DNA from: Brevundimonas sp.
GTDB taxonomy: Bacteria > Pseudomonadota > Alphaproteobacteria > Caulobacterales > Caulobacteraceae
NCBI RefSeq assembly: GCF_044239655.1
Contig: NZ_JBIIAY010000001.1
Location: forward strand, 17,794 to 81,793
Reading direction: 5' to 3'
DNA length: 64,000 bases
In this document: one piece after another, positions 27,516-36,505 of the stretch
How positions within the stretch are numbered: position 1 is the first letter of the stretch
Layout of the letters: every line of letters begins with the position of its first letter
Made by a program: the position numbers and the translations under genes
The notes under the pieces: generated by a model
What the model was told of the DNA's origin: nothing
Databases searched by the model: none
Seen by the model: only the letters and a program-made list of their open reading frames with translations

Positions 27516-27703
27516 CTCCTCCCCGTTTGCGGAGCAAATGAGGAGGTGGCGCGGCGCTTCTTCAGCGCCGTGACGGAGGGGGCGACTCGGTGCCTGGGGT
27601 AGGGTCGCTCGGGTCTGATCGGACAGAGCGAGTCGCCCCCTCCGTCTCGCCGCAAGTGCGGCGATCCACCTCCCCATTCGCCAAGCGGCGAACGGGGAGG
27701 AGA
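27516..27703. repeat. nested-palindrome intergenic repeat, family A copy 5
   Basis: Fills the entire gap between the convergent prfA and ubiH-like genes. Spacer hairpins GGCGCttcttcaGCGCC and TCGCCGCaagtGCGGCGA. GANTC in both inner stem halves (27584-27588 and 27630-27634). Confidence 0.9.
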
Positions 27704-27704
27704 A

Positions 27705-28958
27705 CTACACCACCTCGCCTCGCAGCAACCTCGGCAGATCGCCCGTCGCGCCGCCGGCCTCGCGCATGAAGGCGCGGCGGAGCGGCCCGATGCGGTTGAC
27801 GGCCGCCATGCCGAGGTCCCGGGCCAGCCGGATCGGAGCGTGGTCGTTGGAGAACAGCCGCACGAAGCCGTCGAAACCGGCCGCCAGCGCCGCATTGTCG
27901 AACCGGCGCCAGCGGGCGTACTGCTCCAGCACCCCGACCGAGCCGATATCGAGCCCGAGCCGCATCGCCTCGATCAGCACTTCGGCCAGGGCGGCGGCGT
28001 CCTTCAGCCCCATGTTCAGCCCCTGGCCCGCTACTGGATGCACCCCATGGGCCGCGTCGCCGATCAGGGCGGTGCGCGGCGCGGTTAGAGCCTCGGCCAG
28101 GTCGAGCGCCAGCGGATAGACGAAGCGGGGGCCCTCAGGCGTCGCGCCATCCAGGAACTCGCCGAACCGCCGCATCAGGTGCGACTGAAAGGCCTCGTCC
28201 GAACAGTCGCGCAGGGCCTCGGCCGCGCGGGTGGTCTCGGTCCAGACCAGGCTGGCGCGCTGGTCGGTCAGGGGCAGGATGGCGAAGGGGCCCGAGGGCA
28301 GGAAATATTCGTGGGCCACGCCGCCGTGGGGCCGACCCAGCCGGACCGTGGCCACGACCCCGCTCTGGCCATAGGTCCAGCCGACCGTGCCGATGCCGGC
28401 GGCCTTGCGCACGACGGAACCCCGCCCCTCGGCCCCGACGACCAGAGGTGCCCTCAGAACCGTGCCATCCGTCAGGGTCACACTCGCCCCGAAGCCGTCG
28501 GTGGTGACCGACGCGACGGACGCAGGGGCCCGCACCTCGATCCCGGCATCCGTCACGCCCTGCGCCAGGGCGGCGCGGATGTGGCGGTTCTCGACCATGT
28601 ATCCGAGGGGCTCGCCGCCGTTGGCGTCGCCGATCTCGGCCGCGTCGAACCGCAGATAGGCCGGGGACATCGCCTTGGACGCCGCGCCGGGACGGCGTCC
28701 GTCGGTGACCAGGATGTGATCCATGCGACAGGCGTTCGGCCGCAGGGCCTCGCCGATGCCCAGCGCGTCCAGCATCCGGAAGGTCGAATAGGCCACCGCC
28801 GTCGACCGCCCGTCGAAGGTCGGGGCCAGCTGGGCGCTGAAAGGCTGGGGATCGATCAGGACGACCTTCAGCCCCCCTTGCGCGGCGGCGAGGGCGAATG
28901 TGGCTCCGGCCATGCCGGCGCCGGCGATGATGACGTCATGGGTGAAGGGCGATGCCAT
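27705..28958 (-). CDS. UbiH/UbiF/VisC/COQ6-family FAD-dependent ubiquinone hydroxylase
   Basis: DVIIAGAGMAGATFA FAD fold and LIGDAAHGVHPVAGQGLNMG motif. Start taken at MASPFTH. Confidence 0.85.
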   Translation of the reverse strand: MASPFTHDVIIAGAGMAGATFALAAAQGGLKVVLIDPQPFSAQLAPTFDGRSTAVAYSTFRMLDALGIGEALRPNACRMDHILVTDGRRPGAASKAMSPAYLRFDAAEIGDANGGEPLGYMVENRHIRAALAQGVTDAGIEVRAPASVASVTTDGFGASVTLTDGTVLRAPLVVGAEGRGSVVRKAAGIGTVGWTYGQSGVVATVRLGRPHGGVAHEYFLPSGPFAILPLTDQRASLVWTETTRAAEALRDCSDEAFQSHLMRRFGEFLDGATPEGPRFVYPLALDLAEALTAPRTALIGDAAHGVHPVAGQGLNMGLKDAAALAEVLIEAMRLGLDIGSVGVLEQYARWRRFDNAALAAGFDGFVRLFSNDHAPIRLARDLGMAAVNRIGPLRRAFMREAGGATGDLPRLLRGEVV

Positions 28959-29103
28959 GGCCGCTTGTCGCGCCGCAGGGGCCCCGCGTCCAGTGGCGGG
29001 AGGTCGCAGACCCTGAAAGCCATTCACCTTCGCTTCACCCTTTCCGCACACCGGGCGTCAAGACGGCGGTGCCTAGTGTGCCGGTTGATATCGGAGGGCC
29101 AGA

Positions 29104-29673
29104 ATGGCGCGCGCACAGTTTCAAAAGGGCCAGAAGGTCTGGGTCGAATGCGTCGGCGCATGGGCCAGTATCGAAAAGGTCCAGCCGGTCTGGGCCAAGG
29201 GTTTCGACGAACCGGTCCGGGTCACCTACGACATCGGCCTGGGTCGCGAGTTTCTGGCCAATGAGCTGATGCTGCCGGTCGAGGACGAGGCGGGGTCGGA
29301 CCTGGGCGACTGGCGGCTGCTCCGGGCCCGCAACAAGTGGCAACAGGCCGACGATGTGCCGCATCATCCGGTGCCGGGCACCTATCCCGTCGTGGTCACC
29401 GATCCTGCCGACTGGGGCGGCTGGCGCGTGCCGGGGGCCGAATACGACCGCGATCCCGAGCGGATCGAGTTCCAGGCCCGGCTGATCGCCGCCGCGCCGC
29501 GCCTGCTGGCCTTGGCCCAGGCCCTGGTCGACAGCGTCGCCGAAAGCCCCGACGACGCCCCGCCCGAGACCCTGGCCCTGGCCCGCAGGGCCCGCGAGGT
29601 GCTCAAGACCGTCACCGACGTCCTGGCCCCGCCGCCTGAACAGGCCGCGCCGAGGCCCCGCGTCGCTGCCTGA
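29104..29673 (+). CDS. hypothetical protein (189 aa)
   Basis: Strong GC3 bias and plausible start. No recognisable motif. Confidence 0.6.
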   Translation: MARAQFQKGQKVWVECVGAWASIEKVQPVWAKGFDEPVRVTYDIGLGREFLANELMLPVEDEAGSDLGDWRLLRARNKWQQADDVPHHPVPGTYPVVVTDPADWGGWRVPGAEYDRDPERIEFQARLIAAAPRLLALAQALVDSVAESPDDAPPETLALARRAREVLKTVTDVLAPPPEQAAPRPRVAA

Positions 29674-29807
29674 ATCGTCCAAAGGTTTGGTTAACGAAGC
29701 CTCGACAGGATTCCGCGACGCAGCCTAGATTCAAGGCTTCAGCGAATCGTGCGCGCCCGAAGGTCCGCATCGGCCTGTCATGCGTCTGGACGAACGGGGA
29801 GAAGGCC

Positions 29808-32255
29808 TTGCGGGGCACGGAGCGCCGCTATCAGGGAGCAGGCCGCCGGGCTTCGGACGCCGGTGGCGGAACGCTGGCCAGATGGATCCGCGTCGGCGTC
29901 CTGACCCTGGCCCTGTGCGTCGCTGCCTATGTCCTGCTGGTCGCGCGAGAGACGGCCCGGCCCGAGCGTGAGCTGGAAACCCTGCGCGCTCGCGTCATCG
30001 CCGACGACGCCCGGCTGTTCGCCGCCGAGATGGACGCCCGGCTTCGGGCGACCGATGCGGCGATGACGGCCGGGGCCGCTGCCCTGCGCGCCCGTCCGAC
30101 CCGACCGCTGGACGCCGTCGAGGCGGCCCGGGCCCTGGCTCCCGAAACCGCCTTCGCGGTGATGTCCCCGACCGGCGAGACCCTGGCCGCCGCGGGCGCA
30201 CCGGGCGGGGCCTTCGTCCAGGCCGGCAACACACCGGCCTCGGCACCGGCCGCACTCGGTGTCGCGACCGACGGCAAGGCCCTGGTGCAGCGCTCGGTGG
30301 GCAATGGCAACCGGCTGGTCGCGCGGATTCCCCTGACCGCGCCGGCCGGATCGGTGGGCGAGGACGGGGTCTCCCTGTCGCTGGCCCTGCCCGGAGGTCC
30401 GGTCGTCCCGGTCGCCGGGGTCGATCATCCCGCCGTCGATGGCTCGACCCTGTCCGCAGCCACCGGGTCGATCGATACGCGCAGTCCGAACGGCCTCGCC
30501 CTGCACACCGTCGCCGCTCCGCTCGGGTCCAGCGGTCTTCACGCCCTGGCCTCGCGTCGTGCCGGAGGGGCCACCAGCCTGCTGGGCGACGTCTGGGTCC
30601 TGGCCGCGCCGATCGCCCTGGGCCTGCTGGTGATCGTCCTGCTGCTGCTGCAACGGTGGCGACAGAAGCGCGCCGGTCGCGACTGGGCCGAGACCGAACA
30701 CCGGTTCCGCGTCGCCGTCGAGGCGGCCCGGTGCGGCGTCTGGGAATGGGACCTCGAGGTCGAGGAGGTGGTGATCTCCGACTATATGGCGACCCTGCTG
30801 GGCCTGCCCCAGGGCGGGGTGGTCGCGGCCGAAGAGGTCTTCGCCCGGGTCCATCCCAAATACCGCGAGATCGTCCAGCACGCCCTGAGCCAGGCCGCGA
30901 CCTTCGGCGCCTTCGAGACCACCTTTCCCGTCACCGGCCTCGACGGTGCCGTGCGCTGGATCGACGCCCGGGGCCAGGCGCGCGGGGCCCGCACCGAGGA
31001 AGGGTTCGCGTCCATCCTGGGCGTCGCCCTCGACATCACCGAGGCCCGCCGCGCCAAGGCCCATGCCCAGGCCGCCGAGAGCCGGCTGCGTGACGGGATC
31101 GAGAGCGTGTCCGACGCCTTTGCCCTGTTCGACCGCCAGGGCCGGCTGATCCTGTGCAACCAGGCCTTCAAGGATGCCTTCGGCCTCCAGCCCGAGATGA
31201 CCCGGCGCGGCGCCTCCAAGGACGAGCTGAACCGGATCGCGGCCCTGGCCATCAAATGCGAACATCCGGCCTCCAGCGACCGGGCCGGGGTGCATGAGGT
31301 CGAGCTGCACGACGGCCGCTGGCTGCAGCTGTCGGAGCGGTTCACCTCGGACGGCGGGGCTGTGGTCACCGCCACCGACCTGACCACCATCAAGCGCCAG
31401 GAGGCCGAGACCCAGCGCGCCGCCGCCTCCCTGCGGGCCACGGTCGACCAGCTGGAATCCAGCCAGGAAAAGCTCAGCCTGCTGGCCCGCAAATACGAGA
31501 TCGCAATGACCCGGGCCGAGGCCGCGAACCAGGCCAAGTCCGAGTTCCTGGCCAATATGAGCCACGAACTGCGCACCCCCCTGAACGCCATCAACGGCTT
31601 CTCCGAAATCATGGCCGGCGAGATGTTCGGCCCCGTCGGTGACGCCCGCTACAAGGGCTATGCGGGCGACATCCTGAAGTCGGGCCAGCATCTGCTCAGC
31701 CTGATCAACGACATCCTCGACATGGCCAAGATCGAGGCCGGCAAGATGACCCTGCACTACGAGAAGGTGTCGCTGAAGGAGGTCTGCGAGGACGCGCTCA
31801 GGCTCATGCGCGGCAAGGCCGAGGAGGCGGGCCTGACCCTGGTGCTGGACGCGCCGGAGCTACCCGACATCGACGCCGACCAGCGCGGGATGAAGCAGGT
31901 GATGCTGAACCTGATCTCCAACGCCATCAAATTCACGCCGGAGGGCGGGTCGGTCACCGTCTCGGTGCGAGAGATCGATCGCGGCCGCCAGAAGGTCGCG
32001 GTCGCCGATACCGGCATCGGCATCGCCCCTGAGGACCTCGGCCGGCTGGCCCGCCCGTTCGAACAGGTTGAGGGCCAGCATTCCAAGACCACGCAAGGCA
32101 CCGGCCTGGGCCTGGCCCTGACCAAGTCCCTGATCGAGATGCACCACGGCCTGATGACCATGGACAGCGAACCCGGCAGCGGCACGGTGGTCAGCTTCGA
32201 CCTGCCGGTGATGCGCCCCGCCGAGCTCACGATCGACCAGGCCCGCGCGGCGTAA
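29808..32255 (+). CDS. membrane sensor histidine kinase, PleC/DivJ/PdhS-like (2 TM, periplasmic domain, PAS repeats, HisKA, HATPase)
   Basis: H-box SEFLANMSHELRTPLNAINGFSEIM, N-box NLISNAIKFT, G-boxes DTGIGI and GTGLGLAL. TM segments near residues 25-45 and 255-280. TTG start with a GGGGAGAAGG RBS. Confidence 0.88.
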   Translation: MRGTERRYQGAGRRASDAGGGTLARWIRVGVLTLALCVAAYVLLVARETARPERELETLRARVIADDARLFAAEMDARLRATDAAMTAGAAALRARPTRPLDAVEAARALAPETAFAVMSPTGETLAAAGAPGGAFVQAGNTPASAPAALGVATDGKALVQRSVGNGNRLVARIPLTAPAGSVGEDGVSLSLALPGGPVVPVAGVDHPAVDGSTLSAATGSIDTRSPNGLALHTVAAPLGSSGLHALASRRAGGATSLLGDVWVLAAPIALGLLVIVLLLLQRWRQKRAGRDWAETEHRFRVAVEAARCGVWEWDLEVEEVVISDYMATLLGLPQGGVVAAEEVFARVHPKYREIVQHALSQAATFGAFETTFPVTGLDGAVRWIDARGQARGARTEEGFASILGVALDITEARRAKAHAQAAESRLRDGIESVSDAFALFDRQGRLILCNQAFKDAFGLQPEMTRRGASKDELNRIAALAIKCEHPASSDRAGVHEVELHDGRWLQLSERFTSDGGAVVTATDLTTIKRQEAETQRAAASLRATVDQLESSQEKLSLLARKYEIAMTRAEAANQAKSEFLANMSHELRTPLNAINGFSEIMAGEMFGPVGDARYKGYAGDILKSGQHLLSLINDILDMAKIEAGKMTLHYEKVSLKEVCEDALRLMRGKAEEAGLTLVLDAPELPDIDADQRGMKQVMLNLISNAIKFTPEGGSVTVSVREIDRGRQKVAVADTGIGIAPEDLGRLARPFEQVEGQHSKTTQGTGLGLALTKSLIEMHHGLMTMDSEPGSGTVVSFDLPVMRPAELTIDQARAA

Positions 32256-32278
32256 GGGGGGTCGGACAAGCGAGATTT

Positions 32279-32437
32279 CCTTCTCCCCTTGCGGGAGAAG
32301 GTGGCTGAGCGAAGCGAAGTCGGATGAGGGGTCACGCAGACCTTCGGAATCGGCGCTCGCTCAACCCACTCCATTCAACCGTGCGACCCCTCATCCGTCA
32401 GCCTTCGGCTGCCACCTTCTCCCGCAAGGGGAGAAGG
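32279..32437. repeat. nested palindrome (family C): arms CCTTCTCCCCTTGCGGGAGAAGG / CCTTCTCCCGCAAGGGGAGAAGG, inner GATGAGGGGTCACGC / GTGCGACCCCTCATC
   Basis: Same arm-spacer-inner stem-loop architecture as family A but with different sequence. Confidence 0.88.
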
Positions 32438-32567
32438 ATGCCCGGGGAGCAGGCCGAGTCCTTTACCGGTGAGACCGCGTCCCTCATCCTGACCGCTTCG
32501 CGAACGGAGAGGTAGACGGCCCTCTGGCTTCTCGACCCGACGGCCGAGAACAGCTTAGGATCACCCC

Positions 32568-33308
32568 ATGGACACCCTCTCCCAACGCTGGGCCAAGCTC
32601 TTGCCCAACACCATCGTCGTCGGGCCCGACGACGCCCGCCCTCGACCGGCGGTGATCCTGTTCCACGGCTGCGGCGGGATGCGGCCGCATCTGCCGCTCT
32701 ATGCGGCGGCGGCCAAGGCGGCCGGGTGGCGGGCCTTCATCGTCGACAGCTACGCGCCGCGCGGCTGGGGCCGCATGTTCGCCCTGTCCATGGTCTGCAC
32801 CGGCGCGACCCTGAGGGGCCATGACCGGGGCGGCGATGTGCTGGCGGCGATCCAGGGCGTCTCGGCCCGCGCGGACGTCGATGCGAGCAAGATCGCCGTC
32901 GCGGGCTGGAGCCACGGCGGCTGGGGCATCATGGAACTGTTGGCCGCCCCCCGGACCCGGCCCGGCGAACTGGGCGTCGCCGACACCGGGTCGGCCTCGC
33001 TGGCGGGACTGAAGGGGGCCTGGCTGGCCTACCCCTATGTGGGTTTCATGGCGACGGCCCGCGCCCGGCCGTGGCGGCACAAGCCCCGCACCGAGGTGGT
33101 CATCGCGCGCAGCGACCACCTGACCACGGTGCGCAACGCCGAACGCATCTTCGCCGATCACCGCAATCAGGGTGCCCGTATCGAAACCTGGATCGCCGAG
33201 GGCACCCACTCCTTCGACGAACCGACCGGGGCCATGCCCATGCGCCATGACCCCGCCCTGACCCAGGTTGCGGTGGGCCGGTTCGAGGCGTTTTTGCGGG
33301 GGCTCTAG
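32568..33308 (+). CDS. dienelactone hydrolase family alpha/beta hydrolase
   Basis: VILFHGCGG and nucleophile elbow GWSHGG. Confidence 0.72.
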   Translation: MDTLSQRWAKLLPNTIVVGPDDARPRPAVILFHGCGGMRPHLPLYAAAAKAAGWRAFIVDSYAPRGWGRMFALSMVCTGATLRGHDRGGDVLAAIQGVSARADVDASKIAVAGWSHGGWGIMELLAAPRTRPGELGVADTGSASLAGLKGAWLAYPYVGFMATARARPWRHKPRTEVVIARSDHLTTVRNAERIFADHRNQGARIETWIAEGTHSFDEPTGAMPMRHDPALTQVAVGRFEAFLRGL

Positions 33309-33997
33309 GCCAGCACGGTGTAGCTGACCGGGATTCGCACGGAGAATCCCAGGCTTTCATAGAGGCGGATGGTCGTCGCAGCCTCCGCCTTCGCGTGCAG
33401 AAACGCGTGATCCCCCTCGGCCAGTATATCCGAGACCACGATCCGCGACAGGGCCCCGGCCAGACCCTGGCCGCGATGATCGGGGTGGACGCAGACGGCG
33501 CTGAGTTCGCTGAACCCCGGAACCCGCATCCGCCGCCCCGCCATGGCGATCAGCCGGCCGTCGCGCCTTACGCCGAAGAATCCGCCGAGCGCATGGGTCC
33601 GCTCGCGGAAAGGCCCCGGCTGGGTCAGGGTGGCCAGGGCCAGCATCTCAGGCGCATGGGCCTCGCCCAGAGGTTCGGCATCCATCGTCGCCCCGCCACC
33701 TGCCGTCAGGGCGGAACAGACCATCTGAACGCAGGGATAGCCGCCCACGACCTCGGCCCCGTCGGGCAACACCCCGTCCATCGGCCCGCCCGCCCGCTCG
33801 ACGATGCCAGAACCTGGATAGAGCCGCGCCAGCTCCGTCATCGCCGCCCGCGCCTCGGGACCGTCGTCAGCCGCCGCGAGGAACACGCCACAGGCCGGAT
33901 CGAGACGCACCGCCCTCGCATCCCCTATGGCGAATCCGGCCAGCCGCGAGATCAGGGCGTTCCACGTCGGTCGATCAAGGGGATGGTCCAGGGTCAT
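33305..33997 (-). CDS. GNAT family N-acetyltransferase
   Basis: Acetyl-CoA motif VHPDHRGQGLAGAL. Confidence 0.7.
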   Translation of the reverse strand: MTLDHPLDRPTWNALISRLAGFAIGDARAVRLDPACGVFLAAADDGPEARAAMTELARLYPGSGIVERAGGPMDGVLPDGAEVVGGYPCVQMVCSALTAGGGATMDAEPLGEAHAPEMLALATLTQPGPFRERTHALGGFFGVRRDGRLIAMAGRRMRVPGFSELSAVCVHPDHRGQGLAGALSRIVVSDILAEGDHAFLHAKAEAATTIRLYESLGFSVRIPVSYTVLA

Positions 33998-34182
33998 GGG
34001 CGCAGAATGCCGGGGTCGAGAGACCGCGACCAGTCTTCGGCGAACGTCAGGTCCGAAATGCGCGAACGCTCAGGTCTAGACCAGTCAGAGCGGGTTTGGC
34101 CGACCTCGAAACTTAAACTTGTATGATCAACCATGATGCACCTAAGGTCCGTGCAGCGTAACAGCCAAGGTCGGGGGGCCTC

Positions 34183-35202
34183 ATGAAGAAGCTGAAGAAT
34201 CGTCTCTCGATCGACCGAATCGAGAGCGTCTATCTGGCCATTCTGCGGATCGCGGTCCTGACGGTTGCGACCATATCGTTGATCGCCGCTGCAGGGTTCG
34301 CACTGGACGGGCTGTGGCGATTTGCGGTCGTCACGGATGTAAAGCAAGAGCCCACGGCCGTGGCTCCAGCTGAAGTGATTGCTGCGATGAAAATGCCGCC
34401 GCCCGCTGCCGAGCGTGGGGATGCACAAATCCCTGCTCACGTTCGTGCGGCCCATGCCGAGTTTTCGAGCAAGGTCTTCTCGGTCTACTATTCGGTCTAT
34501 CGAAAGGCCTCGGAAGCTTACAAGAAATCCGAGGATACGACTCTCACTCAGGCCGAACTTATGTCGGCCCTGGGTTATGATTTGGAAACCTATGCCAGCG
34601 GCGAAGTGCCGGCGACAAAGCTATTCGTGGAAAACACGGCTTACCAGCAACAGGCTCAGACCGCCGTCGCCGCTGCGATGGCCGACGCGACGGCTTTGGG
34701 ACAATTGCAGGAATACAAGGCGGCGCAAAAGACCGCACAAAGCTGCACCACCGAGTATGAGCGGCGCACGATGTGGGATTCCAACAGCACGGCTTGCTCG
34801 GACTGGTTCTATCAGCCTTATGGTTGCAACGTGACCCGCAGTGTCCCAGTTCAACGCTGTGTCGCAGCCTATCCGGAAGGCATCGTCAGCCCAACGGTGG
34901 CCTTTGGTCGAGCCGATGACGCATTCCGGGTCATCTGGGCTCAACGGGCCGAGGCGAACGCCCAGGCCGCGGCCGACAAACGCTACGCTCGCGAAGAGAC
35001 CCGTTCCAAGATCGGACCTCGCCTGATGTTGGCGTTGCAGATCATCGGCGGCTTTCTAGTCGTGATGTTCTTCTTCCTGCTGATCGCAGTCGAACGGCAT
35101 CTGCGGCGGGTTGCAGAGCCAACCAAGGACGCCTTGGTCGATACCGATGAATCGGTCGCGCCCAAACCGGCCGAACCTACAGACCCGGCCAGCGACGTCT
35201 GA
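34183..35202 (+). CDS. orphan bitopic membrane protein (339 aa), low GC and atypical codon usage
   Basis: Hydrophobic helices near residues 17-41 and 290-312. The central domain has 4 Cys. Many A/T-ending codons (aat, att, ata, gta, caa, tat, gaa), unlike neighbouring genes. Confidence 0.6.
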   Translation: MKKLKNRLSIDRIESVYLAILRIAVLTVATISLIAAAGFALDGLWRFAVVTDVKQEPTAVAPAEVIAAMKMPPPAAERGDAQIPAHVRAAHAEFSSKVFSVYYSVYRKASEAYKKSEDTTLTQAELMSALGYDLETYASGEVPATKLFVENTAYQQQAQTAVAAAMADATALGQLQEYKAAQKTAQSCTTEYERRTMWDSNSTACSDWFYQPYGCNVTRSVPVQRCVAAYPEGIVSPTVAFGRADDAFRVIWAQRAEANAQAAADKRYAREETRSKIGPRLMLALQIIGGFLVVMFFFLLIAVERHLRRVAEPTKDALVDTDESVAPKPAEPTDPASDV

Positions 35203-35211
35203 CGCTCTGAC

Positions 35212-36255
35212 TCAGCGCCAGAAGCCCACGATCGACTTCACCTCGTCCACTACCGGGTCGGCGATCGCCGCCGCCCGTTCGGCGCCGTCCTTGAGGACGC
35301 GGTCGATCTCGGCGGGATCGGCCATCAGGCGGCGCATCTGCTCGGTCACCGGGGCCAGCGAGGCGACGGCCAGGTCGGCCAGGCGGGGCTTGAAGGCGCC
35401 GAAGCCCTGGCCCGCGAACTCGCCAGTGACGGCGTCCTTGGTCTGGTCCGACAGGGCGGCATAGATGGCGATCAGGTTCTTGACCTCGGGCCGGTCGTCC
35501 AGGGCCTCGCCGACCTCGGGCATCACCCCCATGTCGGTCTTGGATTTCCTGATCTTGCCGGCGATGGTGTCGGCGTCGTCGGTCAGGTTGATGCGGCTCT
35601 GGTCCGACGGGTCGGACTTGCTCATCTTGGCCGCCCCGTCGCGCAGGCTCATGACCCGGGGCGCGGGCCCCTGGGTCAGGGGTTCGGGCAGGGGGAAGAA
35701 GCCGGGCACGCCGAAGTCGGTGTTGAACTTGGCGGCGATGTCGCGCGTCAGTTCCAGATGCTGTTTCTGGTCCTCGCCGGTCGGAACCTCGGTCGCCTTG
35801 TACAGCAGGATGTCGGCCGCCTGGAGCACCGGATAGGTATAGAGGCCGACGCTCGACCGCTCCTTGTGCTTGCCCGACTTCTCCTTGAACTGGGTCATCC
35901 GGTCCAGCCAGCCGAGGCGGGCGACGCAGTTCAGCACCCAGGCCAGCTCGGAATGGGCGCGCACCGCCGACTGGGGCCAGATGATCGAGCGGGCAGGGTC
36001 GAGGCCCGAGGCCAGATAGGCGGCGGCGATCTCGCGCGTCTGGGCGGCCAGTTTGGCGGGGTCCTGCCAGACGGTGATGGCGTGCAGGTCGGCGACGAAC
36101 AGGAAACAGGGGGCGCCTGCGTCCTGAAGCTCGGTGAACCGCTTCAGAGCCCCCAGATAGTTGCCGAGGTGGAGCGCGCCCGAGGCCTGGATGCCGGACA
36201 GCACCCGGCGCGGGCCGGTATAGGCGGGAACGGCTGGGGGAGCAGCATCTGACAT
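35212..36255 (-). CDS. trpS: tryptophan--tRNA ligase
   Basis: HLGNYLGA (HIGH) and KMSKSD (KMSKS) motifs. Confidence 0.95.
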   Translation of the reverse strand: MSDAAPPAVPAYTGPRRVLSGIQASGALHLGNYLGALKRFTELQDAGAPCFLFVADLHAITVWQDPAKLAAQTREIAAAYLASGLDPARSIIWPQSAVRAHSELAWVLNCVARLGWLDRMTQFKEKSGKHKERSSVGLYTYPVLQAADILLYKATEVPTGEDQKQHLELTRDIAAKFNTDFGVPGFFPLPEPLTQGPAPRVMSLRDGAAKMSKSDPSDQSRINLTDDADTIAGKIRKSKTDMGVMPEVGEALDDRPEVKNLIAIYAALSDQTKDAVTGEFAGQGFGAFKPRLADLAVASLAPVTEQMRRLMADPAEIDRVLKDGAERAAAIADPVVDEVKSIVGFWR

Positions 36256-36295
36256 GGGGCGGCAGATGCCCTAGCGAAGGGCGGAGGGCAAGCTT

Positions 36296-36502
36296 CTCCT
36301 CCCCGTCACGAAGCGATGGGGAGGTGTCTCGGCCCCTCTTCAGGGCCGTGACGGAGGGGGCAACACGCTATCGACGGTGAGGGCTGTCAGACGCCCATGG
36401 ACAGATCGAGTCGTCCCCTCCGTCAACGCGCAAGCGGCTCGCTGCCTGAGGACGGCTCGTATACGAGCCGCCCGCAGCCCCATGCTACGCACGGGGAGGA
36501 GA
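36296..36502. repeat. nested-palindrome intergenic repeat, family A copy 6 (long variant)
   Basis: Left arm, GGCCCctcttcaGGGCC spacer hairpin, inner stems (GAGTC at 36408-36412), then the GGCTCGTATACGAGCC module. Ends 3 nt before the murJ stop. Confidence 0.9.
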
Positions 36503-36505
36503 ACT

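Noticed and set aside
29778-31757. 659-aa ORF on the minus strand
   Set aside because: Antisense to the histidine kinase gene; no motifs; artefact composition.
33998-35211. Mobile-element origin of the low-GC island (IS, integrase, tRNA target, direct repeats)
   Set aside because: No transposase or integrase ORF, no terminal inverted repeats and no flanking direct repeats could be seen, so I cannot call it a mobile element. It is reported only as a compositional anomaly.
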